Positions 41,395-50,547 are shown, counted from the first letter of the stretch. The stretch: DNA of 64,000 nucleotides from Candidatus Latescibacterota bacterium (GCA_965203175.1 OZ241867.1:992001-1056000); one strand, 5' to 3'. Notes: a model not told the origin generated them from the sequence alone. Program-made: numbers and translations.

Positions 41395-41854
41395 GTGGAG
41401 TGCTAGAATGAGTCACCTTACGATATGCGGTTCAGGTTGCCTAGTGTTGACAGCTCACTCGTTTTCTCTGTCCTCGTCGTTCCACCATTCTTTTACAGCT
41501 TCTTTCCCCTCATGCTTGGCGATATCTTGGGCTACTGACGTTATACCTTTGACTACTCCTTTTCGTATGGTATTTGCAAGACCGCCTATTGGGCTGAAAC
41601 CTGGGTCAGACTCTATTTGATCCAGAGCACGGATCGAATCTGAGCGTGCCCAGGCTGCCGCAGCCAGCGAATCCGTGTGGGTAGCTGCTACCGAGCCCGG
41701 TACAGCCCCACAGGTAGGGGAATCGTACTCTAACTCACAGTGGTAAGCCAGTATCAGCCCATTTGGCTGTTGGTGTGTCGGCTTGAAAAGCCGCTTTTTT
41801 ATTGTCATCAGCATCTCCTTTCAGAGTTGGTTAGACGTCATCCTAGCACTCCAC
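41395..41854. repeat. 17-bp inverted repeat pair bracketing the candidate precursor gene
   Basis: GTGGAGTGCTAGAATGA (41395-41411) and TCATCCTAGCACTCCAC (41838-41854), one mismatch. Confidence 0.75.
41455..41808 (-). CDS. Candidate RiPP/bacteriocin precursor peptide
   Basis: Strong RBS AAGGAG 6 nt before the ATG; basic leader MTIKKRLFKP...LILAY, two Cys, then GG and an amphipathic helix; lies between HlyD and the CPBP/ABC genes. Confidence 0.6.
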   Translation of the reverse strand: MTIKKRLFKPTHQQPNGLILAYHCELEYDSPTCGAVPGSVAATHTDSLAAAAWARSDSIRALDQIESDPGFSPIGGLANTIRKGVVKGITSVAQDIAKHEGKEAVKEWWNDEDRENE

Positions 41855-41879
41855 GTTAAAGGATGAACCAGTATTTGAT

Positions 41880-43151
41880 TCACAGATTAATCTCCGCTTG
41901 GGTACTCGCCATCTCCGCTGACTCTCGCAAATAGAAGTCATGTCTCCCCATCGGCTCCGCCGTCTGCAACAGCTTCTTCCACAATAGCTCTACGATCCGT
42001 CCCCTCTCCACCACCACCTTGACTTCGGCATTCATCCCATACGCCAGCGAATACACCTGCTTCCCATCCCACACCTGTGGATCGAGAATCGACACCTTTA
42101 TTGGATAGACTGCGCCCTCTACGGAGTTTCCCACCACCGGTGCAGCCGACGCCTCTTCCACCGTGCCTTCAAAAACCTTGTATTCCGTATGCGGAAAGGC
42201 TTTCACATACAGACGAGCCAGCTGCCCGATCTCGATCTTGGGCAAGTCGATCTCCTTGACCATAATCCGAGCCTGCCACTCCTCGTTTCCAGCCACTTCG
42301 AGCACGGTTTCCCCGCTTTGGAGACGATCTCCCATCCGTTGCTCCAACTGACCCGTCAGCACGATGCCGGTCGCCGGTGCCCAGAGCGTGTTCTTGGCTA
42401 GCTGGTTTTCTAACCGCAGGCGTTCCTGCTCTATTTTCTCGCGCTGTTTTTCCAAGGTGTGGAGTTCGGCTGTTCGCCCTTCTACGGCCTGAAGCCGCTG
42501 CTGGCTCTGCTCCAGTTCGGCTTCAGCGTCCCTCAGCCAAGCATTCCCCAGCCGCACCGGCAGCAATTGATCCAACGGCTGGCGGACCACACTGACGGAC
42601 AACAGACCAGCCGAGTAAATAGTTTGTTCGGCCACGACCTGCTCTAGTTGGATGCGCATCCGCTCTACTACCAGCTTGGCGTGGGAGACCTCGGCTTGCC
42701 GAATGTTCCGCTCTTGCTCCATCTGTTGCTGAATGGCTCGCTGCTGGCTTTGGTTTACTTCGAGGTCCTTTTCGGCTTGCTGGAGTTGGATCCGCCAGTC
42801 GGTATCATCCAGCGTGACCAACGGCTCCCCCTTCTCTACCTGATGTCCCTGTCGGACGTGTATCTGCTGGATAATCCCCGCAATCTCGGCCTTGACTCGA
42901 TACCGATGTCGAGGCTCAATGACCCCTTTGCTTTCCACGGTCATATCCATACTGAAATACCAACTCAGGACGCCAGCGAGCACCAGCAAGCACCCCACCA
43001 ACACCAGAATCATCAAGAGAAAGGAGCGCACGAAACGGAAGCCCGGCCCGTGGAATTCTTCCCCTATACTCAGGACATTACTACGGCCATCCTGCACCGA
43101 GGAACGTTCGTTTTGCACAAATGCTTGGGTTTCAGCAGGCAGAGACGTCAT
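41880..43151 (-). CDS. HlyD family secretion membrane-fusion protein
   Basis: N-terminal TM, GIIQQIHVRQG..V.KGEPL lipoyl half, long coiled coil, APATGIV, GMNAEVKV. Confidence 0.92.
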   Translation of the reverse strand: MTSLPAETQAFVQNERSSVQDGRSNVLSIGEEFHGPGFRFVRSFLLMILVLVGCLLVLAGVLSWYFSMDMTVESKGVIEPRHRYRVKAEIAGIIQQIHVRQGHQVEKGEPLVTLDDTDWRIQLQQAEKDLEVNQSQQRAIQQQMEQERNIRQAEVSHAKLVVERMRIQLEQVVAEQTIYSAGLLSVSVVRQPLDQLLPVRLGNAWLRDAEAELEQSQQRLQAVEGRTAELHTLEKQREKIEQERLRLENQLAKNTLWAPATGIVLTGQLEQRMGDRLQSGETVLEVAGNEEWQARIMVKEIDLPKIEIGQLARLYVKAFPHTEYKVFEGTVEEASAAPVVGNSVEGAVYPIKVSILDPQVWDGKQVYSLAYGMNAEVKVVVERGRIVELLWKKLLQTAEPMGRHDFYLRESAEMASTQAEINL

Positions 43152-43457
43152 ATTCTAACTCCACACGCTGAAACGCTTCTCTCTCCGACTGAATAGTCGG
43201 AGCCAAACGGATCTCCGGCGCACGAACTGCCCAAGGTTCCTTTTATATAAGGAAAGTCCACATAGTTGGAGCTTTTGAGCAACCGCGCATACTGGCACAT
43301 ACGCGGACGCAGCGGCTTCCAAGGCATACTGCACGGCGGAAATAGAGCCGTACAGACCCCTGACAATCCGACACCGAATGAATCGCTGCGCTTCAGCGAA
43401 GCAATCATCCGGCCCTTGATGGAGCTTAAGAGAGCGTAGCCTAACGGCCGAAAATGA

Positions 43458-43473
43458 GGGGGGGGGGGGGGGG
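43458..43473. repeat. Poly-G tract (G16)
   Basis: 16 consecutive G at the upstream edge of the peptide cluster. Confidence 0.9.
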
Positions 43474-43650
43474 CTAAGTCTTTATTTTTCAATCGTTTGC
43501 AACAAATTGCGGAGTCTTGGGACTGGCAGCAGGATGTCGTCATCGCGGCAGGCTTTGCTAGCGGCCACATCTGCGTCCGGTCCACGACGCGGCGATTGCG
43601 GCCTACGGCCCGTTTGCCTAATGTGAGTATCTCTCCGATGTGGAATAGCG

Positions 43651-44148
43651 ATGAACGCAGAGGAATTCGACTATACCCAATGGTGCGACAGTACGGGCGC
43701 GCCGCTGAAGAAAATGCCAGACCGGCTCGGCGTGGCGGCCAATGGCTTTATCCGCGACAAGACCGGCAAAATCCTGCTGCAACAGCGCGCGGACAACGGC
43801 TTTTGGGGCATGCCCGGCGGCCAAGTCGAACTCGGCGAATCCGTCGAACAGACCGTGGTGCGCGAAGTCTATGAGGAAACGGGCTTGGAGGTGCGCGTCG
43901 AGCGGCTGATCGGGATTTACTCCGAACCGGAGAGCTACCCATTCATGCGCTATCCCGACGGCACCATCGTCCACTACGTCACCCACGTCTTTATCTGCGA
44001 ACCCACTGCCGGTGCCTTGCAGATCTCCTCAGAAAGCACGGACATCGGCTATTTTGCCGCCGATGCTCTGCCTGCACAGACCTTGCTCTCGCACCGCATC
44101 CGCATCGCGGACGCACTGACCGGCCTAGTGTACCCATTTATTCGCTGA
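43651..44148 (+). CDS. NUDIX hydrolase
   Basis: Nudix box GGQVELGESVEQTVVREVYEETG. Confidence 0.92.
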   Translation: MNAEEFDYTQWCDSTGAPLKKMPDRLGVAANGFIRDKTGKILLQQRADNGFWGMPGGQVELGESVEQTVVREVYEETGLEVRVERLIGIYSEPESYPFMRYPDGTIVHYVTHVFICEPTAGALQISSESTDIGYFAADALPAQTLLSHRIRIADALTGLVYPFIR

Positions 44149-44231
44149 ACTATGTTGACCGCACTCCGCCTAACAGCAAATATTTCTTTTTCGCTCGTCC
44201 CAACCTTCACCTCCCCAAGAAAAGGAACAAC

Positions 44232-45209
44232 ATGATCAAGATTGCCGAAGTCCTGCCCGATCACCCCACGCCGCTGTGGCGGATGGTCAAGCAATGCGGC
44301 GTTGACCACGTGGTCGGCGGCTTTAATACTCCCGGCGATCCCGCCGACATTCACCCCGATCAACGGCCCTGGAGCTTCACCAACCTCGTGCGGATGAAAA
44401 CCGCGTTTAACGACGGTGGCTTCTCCCTCGACGTCATCGAGGCCCGCCCACCGCTCAACAAGGCCAAGCTCGGCCTCTCCGACCGCGACGAGGAGATCGA
44501 ATACGCCTGCGAACTGATTCGCAACATGGGCAAGGTCGGTATTCCGGTCTGGTGCCCCGAGTGGATGCCCGTGCTCAACTGGACCCGCACCTCAATGGCG
44601 GCACCCGGACGCGGCGGCGCCATGGTCACCGGCTTTGACAACGAGTTGATGAAAAACGCGCCGCTGACCGACGCCGGTGTCGTCACCGAAAAGCAGCTTT
44701 GGGACAACCTGAAGTACTTCCTCGAAAAGGTCGTGCCGGTCGCCGAGGAAGCCGGCGTCAAACTCGCCATGCACCCCGATGATCCGCCGCTGTCGCCCCT
44801 GCGCGGCATGGGGCGGATCATGCGCAGCGTCGAAAACTACCAGAAACTCATCGACCTAGTGCCCAGCCCGGCCAACGGCATCTGCCTGTGCCAAGGCAAC
44901 TTCACCCTGATGACCGACGACTTGCCCGAAGTCATCCGCCACTTTGGCGACCGCATCTACTTCGTCCACTTCCGCGACGTGCGCGGCACGCCCGAAAAAT
45001 TCGTCGAGACCTTCCACGACGAAGGCCCGACCGACATGCGCGCCTGCATGGAAGCCTACCGCGACATCGGCTTTGAAGGCGTCCTGCGCCCCGACCACGT
45101 GCCAACGATGGAGGGCGACCGAAACGACCAGCCAGGCTATTCGTCGATTGGGCGCTTGTTTGCCATCGGCTATATCAAGGGGCTGCGCGAGGCCGTGTAC
45201 GCGAGTTAA
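44232..45209 (+). CDS. uxuA: Mannonate dehydratase family protein
   Basis: LAMHPDDPP, HFRDV, RPDHVP, GRLFAIGY. Confidence 0.8.
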   Translation: MIKIAEVLPDHPTPLWRMVKQCGVDHVVGGFNTPGDPADIHPDQRPWSFTNLVRMKTAFNDGGFSLDVIEARPPLNKAKLGLSDRDEEIEYACELIRNMGKVGIPVWCPEWMPVLNWTRTSMAAPGRGGAMVTGFDNELMKNAPLTDAGVVTEKQLWDNLKYFLEKVVPVAEEAGVKLAMHPDDPPLSPLRGMGRIMRSVENYQKLIDLVPSPANGICLCQGNFTLMTDDLPEVIRHFGDRIYFVHFRDVRGTPEKFVETFHDEGPTDMRACMEAYRDIGFEGVLRPDHVPTMEGDRNDQPGYSSIGRLFAIGYIKGLREAVYAS

Positions 45210-45240
45210 AGCCTACTGCCATATCGGCGCGTTCAACGAG

Positions 45241-47535
45241 ATGTGCAATCGTTTAGCGGCAAAAATCCGCACGTACTTGTCGATACTAGGCGCGCTCCTG
45301 CTCGCCGCCCAGGCCCCCGAAGCCGAAGAACTGCGCCTCGGCGGGCCGGGCGGCTGGAGCGAGTGGACGCTGCCCGGCGACGCGGTCGATGTCGCCGACG
45401 GCGTGCTCAAACCCGCGTTCGTGCGCCAGAATATCGACGCGGTGCAAAACGCCGCGACTTTTGGCGGCGGCATCCGCGCCGCGGGTACAGCGCTGAATCG
45501 TGCAGCCCTGCTGATAGACGGAGATGTAGAGACGGCTTGGACGCCCGCTGCCGAAGCCCCGCTGGAGGACTGGTGGATAGAGGTCAATCTAGGCCGGGTG
45601 GTCTCGGCGCGCACCATACGCCTGTATTTTGCCGAGGGTGGCGAGCCGCTCGAATTTTTCAAGGTTTTCACTTCCGACGGCGAGCCTTTCTTCACCAATG
45701 CCGGCGTGGCCATTGATGGAACCCTCCGCTACAACAAGCGCCGCCTGTACAGCTTTAACCAAGACCGGGTCGTCGAGATCGACTTTGGCCTCAAGCCCCT
45801 GCAGCACATTCGCATCCAAGCCGACAAGAAGACGCTTGGTACCCAGCTCAGCGAGCTATCGGTAGAAAGCGTGGGCGACAATCTGTCCCTGGGTGCGCGC
45901 GAGCGCGGAGGTCAGATCGACGTGCATAGCCTAGTCGGCTCCGGCCGGGACGAGCGCCATGAGAACCCCTTGATCAGTCGCAACCTAATTGACGGGGACA
46001 TCACCTCGTACTGGGGTCGCAAGGAAGGACGCGGAGTGACGCCGATGGGGCTCTTCATCCTCGACTTGGGCGTGCTCTTTTGGGTGGATCGAGTGCGGTT
46101 GTTGGGGGACTTCACCGGGCTGCCGACGACCGGCGAAAGGGCCCGCACCCGCTTTGGATCCATCAATTATTTGTGGTACAAAATGTCGGGGTCGGACGGC
46201 TCGCTGGCCCCAGACGGCTCGTTGCGCTGGATCTCGCTGGGGGAACTGCCCGAATCGCTGCGCAACCGACGCGGTATCGTCCACTTTGAGGAGCGCTTCC
46301 CCTCGACTAAGTTGCGCTACGTCCGGCTTCTCTTTGGCATGACCTCTGGCGCGCTCTCGGGCACGACTGCGGAGTTCCAAGTCTTTGGCGAAGGATTTCC
46401 CGCCGCCTTAACGGCGCTCTCGCCGATTTTCGACCTGGGCGGGAAGAAGACGATCTCGGCGCTCGATTGGCAAGCCCAAGTGCCGCCCGCCACTCGCCTA
46501 GAGATTCGCAGCCGCACCGGCAATTTGCTCGACGAAGAGTACTCTTTCTTCGACAAGAACGGCAAAGAAGTCTCTGCAAGAAAATACGACAAGCTCATTC
46601 CCTCTTTTCGCGGACGGATCGACACGGTGCGGACAATAGGCTCGGACTGGAGCAACTGGAGTCCGGTTTACGAGGTTTCTGGCCAGGGGTTTTTGTCGCC
46701 AGGACCTCGGCAGTTCGCCCAAATCGAGGTGCAGCTTTTGAGCGAAGATCCGCTCAGCGCCCCAGCACTGGAAACGCTGACCTTGCACTTCCACCCGCCG
46801 CTGGTACAACAGACGCTGGCGGAAATCTACCCGGCCGAAGTCGAGCCGGGCGCGCCGCAAAATTTCACCTATTTCCTCCGCACAACCGCGATATCAGCCA
46901 ACCGGGGATTCGACCAAATCCTGCTGAGTTCATCGGCCGCCGTGCGCTTTAGGGCATTGCGCATCAACGGGGAAGAAGCCTCCGTCCAAATCAAGGAGCG
47001 GGCCGACGGGATCTTGCTCGTCCTCGACCGCGCCGTGCGGCGCTCGGGTCTTCTGGAGATCGATTTCGAGAGTACGCTCTACCTCAATCAGACTCGCTTT
47101 GACGCGTTGCTCTTCAACAGCAATCTGGAAGGTCAGGTGCAGCAGGTTGACGCTGGGGATGCCAGCGAGGCCGTGGCGAGCGAGACAGTGTCCGTAGCCT
47201 TGCCCGCGGACCCCGGTCTGCTCGATAATCTGACGATCTCAACCCAAATACTAACTCCCAACGGCGATGGCGTTGGCGACCGGCTCGTCCTCGAATTCAA
47301 TCTGCTCAAAGTGCTGGACCCACGCACCGTTCGAGTAGCTATTTTCGACCTGACCGGGCGGCAGGTGCATCTTTTGAGCGAAGCAGAGCAAGTGGCCGGG
47401 CGAGTGGTCTTGGAATGGGACGGACGCGACCACACTGGCGGTATAGTAGCACCGGGGAACTACGTCCTGCGCGTCGAAGTCAGCGGAGACGCACGCACCG
47501 ATCAGGTCAGCCGAATCGTCTCCGTGGCCTACTAA
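45241..47535 (+). CDS. Secreted discoidin/FlgD Ig-like domain protein (paralogue of 12770-15079)
   Basis: Signal peptide, SDGSLAPDGSL, EFQVFGEG, DKNGKEV..RKYDKLI.SFRG, TPNGDGVGD, WDGRD. Confidence 0.8.
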   Translation: MCNRLAAKIRTYLSILGALLLAAQAPEAEELRLGGPGGWSEWTLPGDAVDVADGVLKPAFVRQNIDAVQNAATFGGGIRAAGTALNRAALLIDGDVETAWTPAAEAPLEDWWIEVNLGRVVSARTIRLYFAEGGEPLEFFKVFTSDGEPFFTNAGVAIDGTLRYNKRRLYSFNQDRVVEIDFGLKPLQHIRIQADKKTLGTQLSELSVESVGDNLSLGARERGGQIDVHSLVGSGRDERHENPLISRNLIDGDITSYWGRKEGRGVTPMGLFILDLGVLFWVDRVRLLGDFTGLPTTGERARTRFGSINYLWYKMSGSDGSLAPDGSLRWISLGELPESLRNRRGIVHFEERFPSTKLRYVRLLFGMTSGALSGTTAEFQVFGEGFPAALTALSPIFDLGGKKTISALDWQAQVPPATRLEIRSRTGNLLDEEYSFFDKNGKEVSARKYDKLIPSFRGRIDTVRTIGSDWSNWSPVYEVSGQGFLSPGPRQFAQIEVQLLSEDPLSAPALETLTLHFHPPLVQQTLAEIYPAEVEPGAPQNFTYFLRTTAISANRGFDQILLSSSAAVRFRALRINGEEASVQIKERADGILLVLDRAVRRSGLLEIDFESTLYLNQTRFDALLFNSNLEGQVQQVDAGDASEAVASETVSVALPADPGLLDNLTISTQILTPNGDGVGDRLVLEFNLLKVLDPRTVRVAIFDLTGRQVHLLSEAEQVAGRVVLEWDGRDHTGGIVAPGNYVLRVEVSGDARTDQVSRIVSVAY

Positions 47536-47567
47536 GATCCCATTCACCCTCACTAAATTCCTAATTC

Positions 47568-48443
47568 CTAATTGACAGCGCTTACCTCCATCACCCCCAA
47601 CCCCTCCTCCAGTTCCTCGACGCTGGCAAAAGCCACCAAGGTGCAATGCACCCCCTCGGTCGCCAGTACCCACTGTATCGCCCGTTCAGTGCGCGGCACC
47701 AGTTCGCCCGGCTCGGCTAGCTCGTGCCAAGGGCCTGAGACAATCGGATAGACCAGCGGCAACTCTCCGCGAATGCCTTCCCCCCTCGGCGATAGCTCCT
47801 CGACCTTCGACTCTCCTACTGCCGACCAATCGGTCTGCGCCTTGTCGGCCCAGCTAAGCCACTGGCCGCCCAGGGCCTTCATAATCAGCACGCCCTTCCC
47901 AGCCCGTGCCGACGCCGCAATGCCCGGGGCCTGCCAGCGGCAGACGTAGTTGTAGATGACCAAATCGGCGTCCGCCTCGGGTTCGGGGCCGCGCTCAGCA
48001 TAGGCTTGTTGATCGGCCAGCATGTGCCGAATCAAGCACACGGCGCGCACTTTGCCTTTGGCCTTGCACTCGGCGATGCGTTCGGCCAAGCCTTCGTTTT
48101 GCAGATAGGCATAGTGGTGTACCCGCAAAATATCGATGGCCTCGCGGCGCACATTGGCGAGGTGCTTGTCGATAGTCCCCTCCACCTCAGTAGCTGCCGG
48201 CGCACCCACCTTGAGCGAGAAAAAGCGGTCGTCCCCTGGGCCTTTCAGCTCGTCCGGGATGTGAACCTCGTCGCCGTAGCCCATGTCGAAGAGGTTGACG
48301 CCTAGCTCGGCGGCCCGCAGGTAAATCCGGCGCTTCTCCTCGGGCGGCGGATGGCCATTAATGCCTTCGTAGCGGGCCAACAACCCGCCCAAACCGATAG
48401 TGCTCAACTCCATGTCCGTCTGTCCAAAGCGGCGGTATTCCAC
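47568..48443 (-). CDS. Aldo/keto reductase family protein
   Basis: MEYRRFGQTDMELSTIGLG, GVNLFD..Y, IDILRVH, GKVRAV, MKALGG. Confidence 0.75.
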   Translation of the reverse strand: MEYRRFGQTDMELSTIGLGGLLARYEGINGHPPPEEKRRIYLRAAELGVNLFDMGYGDEVHIPDELKGPGDDRFFSLKVGAPAATEVEGTIDKHLANVRREAIDILRVHHYAYLQNEGLAERIAECKAKGKVRAVCLIRHMLADQQAYAERGPEPEADADLVIYNYVCRWQAPGIAASARAGKGVLIMKALGGQWLSWADKAQTDWSAVGESKVEELSPRGEGIRGELPLVYPIVSGPWHELAEPGELVPRTERAIQWVLATEGVHCTLVAFASVEELEEGLGVMEVSAVN

Positions 48444-48561
48444 GATAACCTCCTTGCGTCGTTAAGACGCGCTTACAGCTTGCTGCGCCCAATATGGCAC
48501 ATTAGTTTCTCCGGCGCGAAAAATTTACTCCACCAGACCATACCGTCCAAGGGAGAATGCA

Positions 48562-49158
48562 GTGACTGCCAAAGTCCTCATCATCGTCGGCGACGCCACC
48601 GAAACCGTCGATACGCTCTATCCCTACCTGCGCGTCCAAGAAGAGGGATTCGCGCCCGTGGTGGCCGGGCCGGAAGCCCGCCGCTACAACATGGTCCTGC
48701 ACGAGGTCCCGGCCGAAGGTTGGGACATCACCCGCGAATTCGAGGGCTATACCATCCAAGCGGACATCGCCTTCCGCCACATCGTACCCGAAGAATACGT
48801 GGGAATCTTTTTCTCCGGAGGGCGCGCCCCCGAATACATCCGCGACGACCCGGACCTAATTCGCATTACCCGCTACTTTTTCGACCGCGACAAGCCCGTA
48901 GGCTGCGTCTGCCACGGCGTCGAAATCCCCGCCCGCGCCGGTTGCGTCGAAGGGCGGCGCATGGCCACCGTGCCCAAGTGCCAATTCGACCTCGAAGTCT
49001 GCGGCGGCACCTTTATCGACGCGCCCTGCGTCGTCGATGGCAACCTCATCAGCGGCCGCACTTGGCACGACCACGGGCACTACATGAAACACTGGATCAA
49101 CTTGCTCATCGCCGAGCGCGAGCGCATGGGCGCACAACAGGAGGCCATCCCCGCGTGA
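48562..49158 (+). CDS. DJ-1/PfpI family protein
   Basis: GGRAPEY, CVCHG nucleophile elbow, VVDGNLISGR. Confidence 0.9.
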   Translation: MTAKVLIIVGDATETVDTLYPYLRVQEEGFAPVVAGPEARRYNMVLHEVPAEGWDITREFEGYTIQADIAFRHIVPEEYVGIFFSGGRAPEYIRDDPDLIRITRYFFDRDKPVGCVCHGVEIPARAGCVEGRRMATVPKCQFDLEVCGGTFIDAPCVVDGNLISGRTWHDHGHYMKHWINLLIAERERMGAQQEAIPA

Positions 49159-49982
49159 AACTCTACTACAGCACCTATGGCATGAAGCAACTCGACGTCT
49201 TCGAAGCCCTGCCGCGCCTCGCCGACATGGGCTACGAGGGCATGGAAATCGCCGTCACTCCCGGCTGGCCGACTGAACCAGCTAACATGGACGCGGCCGC
49301 ACGCAAAAGACTCGCCGACCTCTTCCGCCAACTCGGCTTCCCCACGCCAGTGCTAATGGCCCTACTCTCGCCCTGCGTCGAAGGCGAGGGACGCGCTGCC
49401 GCACTCGCGCAGTTTAGAGCGACCTTTGAACTGAGCCGCGCACTCCGGCTCGACGACCACCCAATGGTCGTCAGCACCACTCTCGGCGGCAAACCCGCCT
49501 GGGAGACCGGCAAAGAGCGCATCGTCGAGCTGGTACTCGAACTGGGCGACATGGCCGCCGAATACGACGTCATCGTCGCCATCGAGCCACATGCCGGCGA
49601 CGACTTTGAGACGCCGGAAAAGGCCGCTTGGCTCATGCAGCAAACGAATCACCCGCACCTCGGCCTCAACTTCGACTACAGCCACTTCTGGGTTGAAGGC
49701 ATCGACCTACAGCACTCGATTGACCTCAATCTCCAGTACTCAGTCCACAATCACATCAAAGACGGCTATCTCGACGAGGAGGGGCGGGTCCGCTATCTCC
49801 TGCCCGGCAGCGGCAAGCTGGACATGAAGGCTTACTACAAGGCCATACAAGACGCCGGCTGGGACCAGTATATCTGCCCAGAAGTCACCGGCCAGATCTG
49901 GAACGCAGACGGGTACGACGCCTGGAGCACGGCGCAATTTTGCTACGACGTGCTGGCCGCGACGCGGCGAGCATCGAGCTAG
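49155..49982 (+). CDS. Sugar phosphate isomerase/epimerase (TIM barrel)
   Basis: GYEGMEI, AIEPH, NFDYSH, HIKD, PG.G; GTG start overlapping the previous stop. Confidence 0.85.
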   Translation: MKLYYSTYGMKQLDVFEALPRLADMGYEGMEIAVTPGWPTEPANMDAAARKRLADLFRQLGFPTPVLMALLSPCVEGEGRAAALAQFRATFELSRALRLDDHPMVVSTTLGGKPAWETGKERIVELVLELGDMAAEYDVIVAIEPHAGDDFETPEKAAWLMQQTNHPHLGLNFDYSHFWVEGIDLQHSIDLNLQYSVHNHIKDGYLDEEGRVRYLLPGSGKLDMKAYYKAIQDAGWDQYICPEVTGQIWNADGYDAWSTAQFCYDVLAATRRASS

Positions 49983-50001
49983 GAGCTACGGGGAGGAAAT
50001 C

Positions 50002-50547
50002 ATGATCCGAATATTGTCACTTGTCCTAGTTGCGATAGGGCTGCTCGGCGGAGTAGAGAAAGCAGACGCCGCCGCAAGGGATGTAGTAGATCGAGAGACA
50101 CTGAAGAATTTCGTGCTGGAAGCGAAGAGTCTGCTGGAGTCTGCGCAAGACGAGGCGGAACGGACGGCCATTTTGGAGTCCTTCAGGACCGATGAAGAAT
50201 GGCGACATGGGCCGATCTATATCTTCATCGTCGATTTTGAGGGCACCAACTTCTTTCACGCGACCATCCCCTCGCGCGAAGGCACCAATAATATCGACCA
50301 AGAAGACAGCAATGGCGTTAAGATCGTACATCAGGCTGTCGCGGCAGCACAAGCCGGGGGCGGCTTTGTAGAATATCTCTGGGATAATCCAGCGATCGAA
50401 GGCGAAGACGAGTCCCCCAAGGTAAGCTACGTGGCTCCCATCGAGCTTGATGGTGCATCCTATTACATTGGCGCTGGATTGTATCCTACTGCAGAGCAGA
50501 CGAATGTCGCGCCCATTTCGTGGGGTAGCTTGAAAGAGCAGGTGTAA
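50002..50547 (+). CDS. Secreted single Cache domain protein with a C-terminal WGxLK tail
   Basis: Signal peptide, YIFIVD, DSNG, GGGFVEYLW.NP, KVSYV, IGAGLY; ends APISWGSLKEQV. Confidence 0.75.
   Translation: MIRILSLVLVAIGLLGGVEKADAAARDVVDRETLKNFVLEAKSLLESAQDEAERTAILESFRTDEEWRHGPIYIFIVDFEGTNFFHATIPSREGTNNIDQEDSNGVKIVHQAVAAAQAGGGFVEYLWDNPAIEGEDESPKVSYVAPIELDGASYYIGAGLYPTAEQTNVAPISWGSLKEQV

Noticed and set aside
41843-41869. CTAGCACTC in the inverted-repeat arms as CIRCE half-sites
   Set aside because: Neither arm has a partner at 9-nt spacing; the arms pair with each other about 440 bp apart.
35074-43500. Integrase, transposase or att direct repeats bounding the peptide cluster
   Set aside because: None could be found by eye; island status rests on composition and gene content only.
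43148-43585. 145-aa minus-strand ORF upstream of hlyD
   Set aside because: It runs through the poly-G/C tract (poly-Pro) and has no recognisable motif or RBS; likely spurious or a remnant.
44944-45240. N-terminal extension of the 863-aa ORF (similarly the ORF-track starts at 48351, 8319, 21301 and 27588)
   Set aside because: These extensions overlap bona fide neighbouring genes; downstream starts with an RBS or signal peptide fit better.
47555-47573. AATTCCT heptamer repeat between convergent genes
   Set aside because: Only about 2.5 units; too short to support a functional claim.
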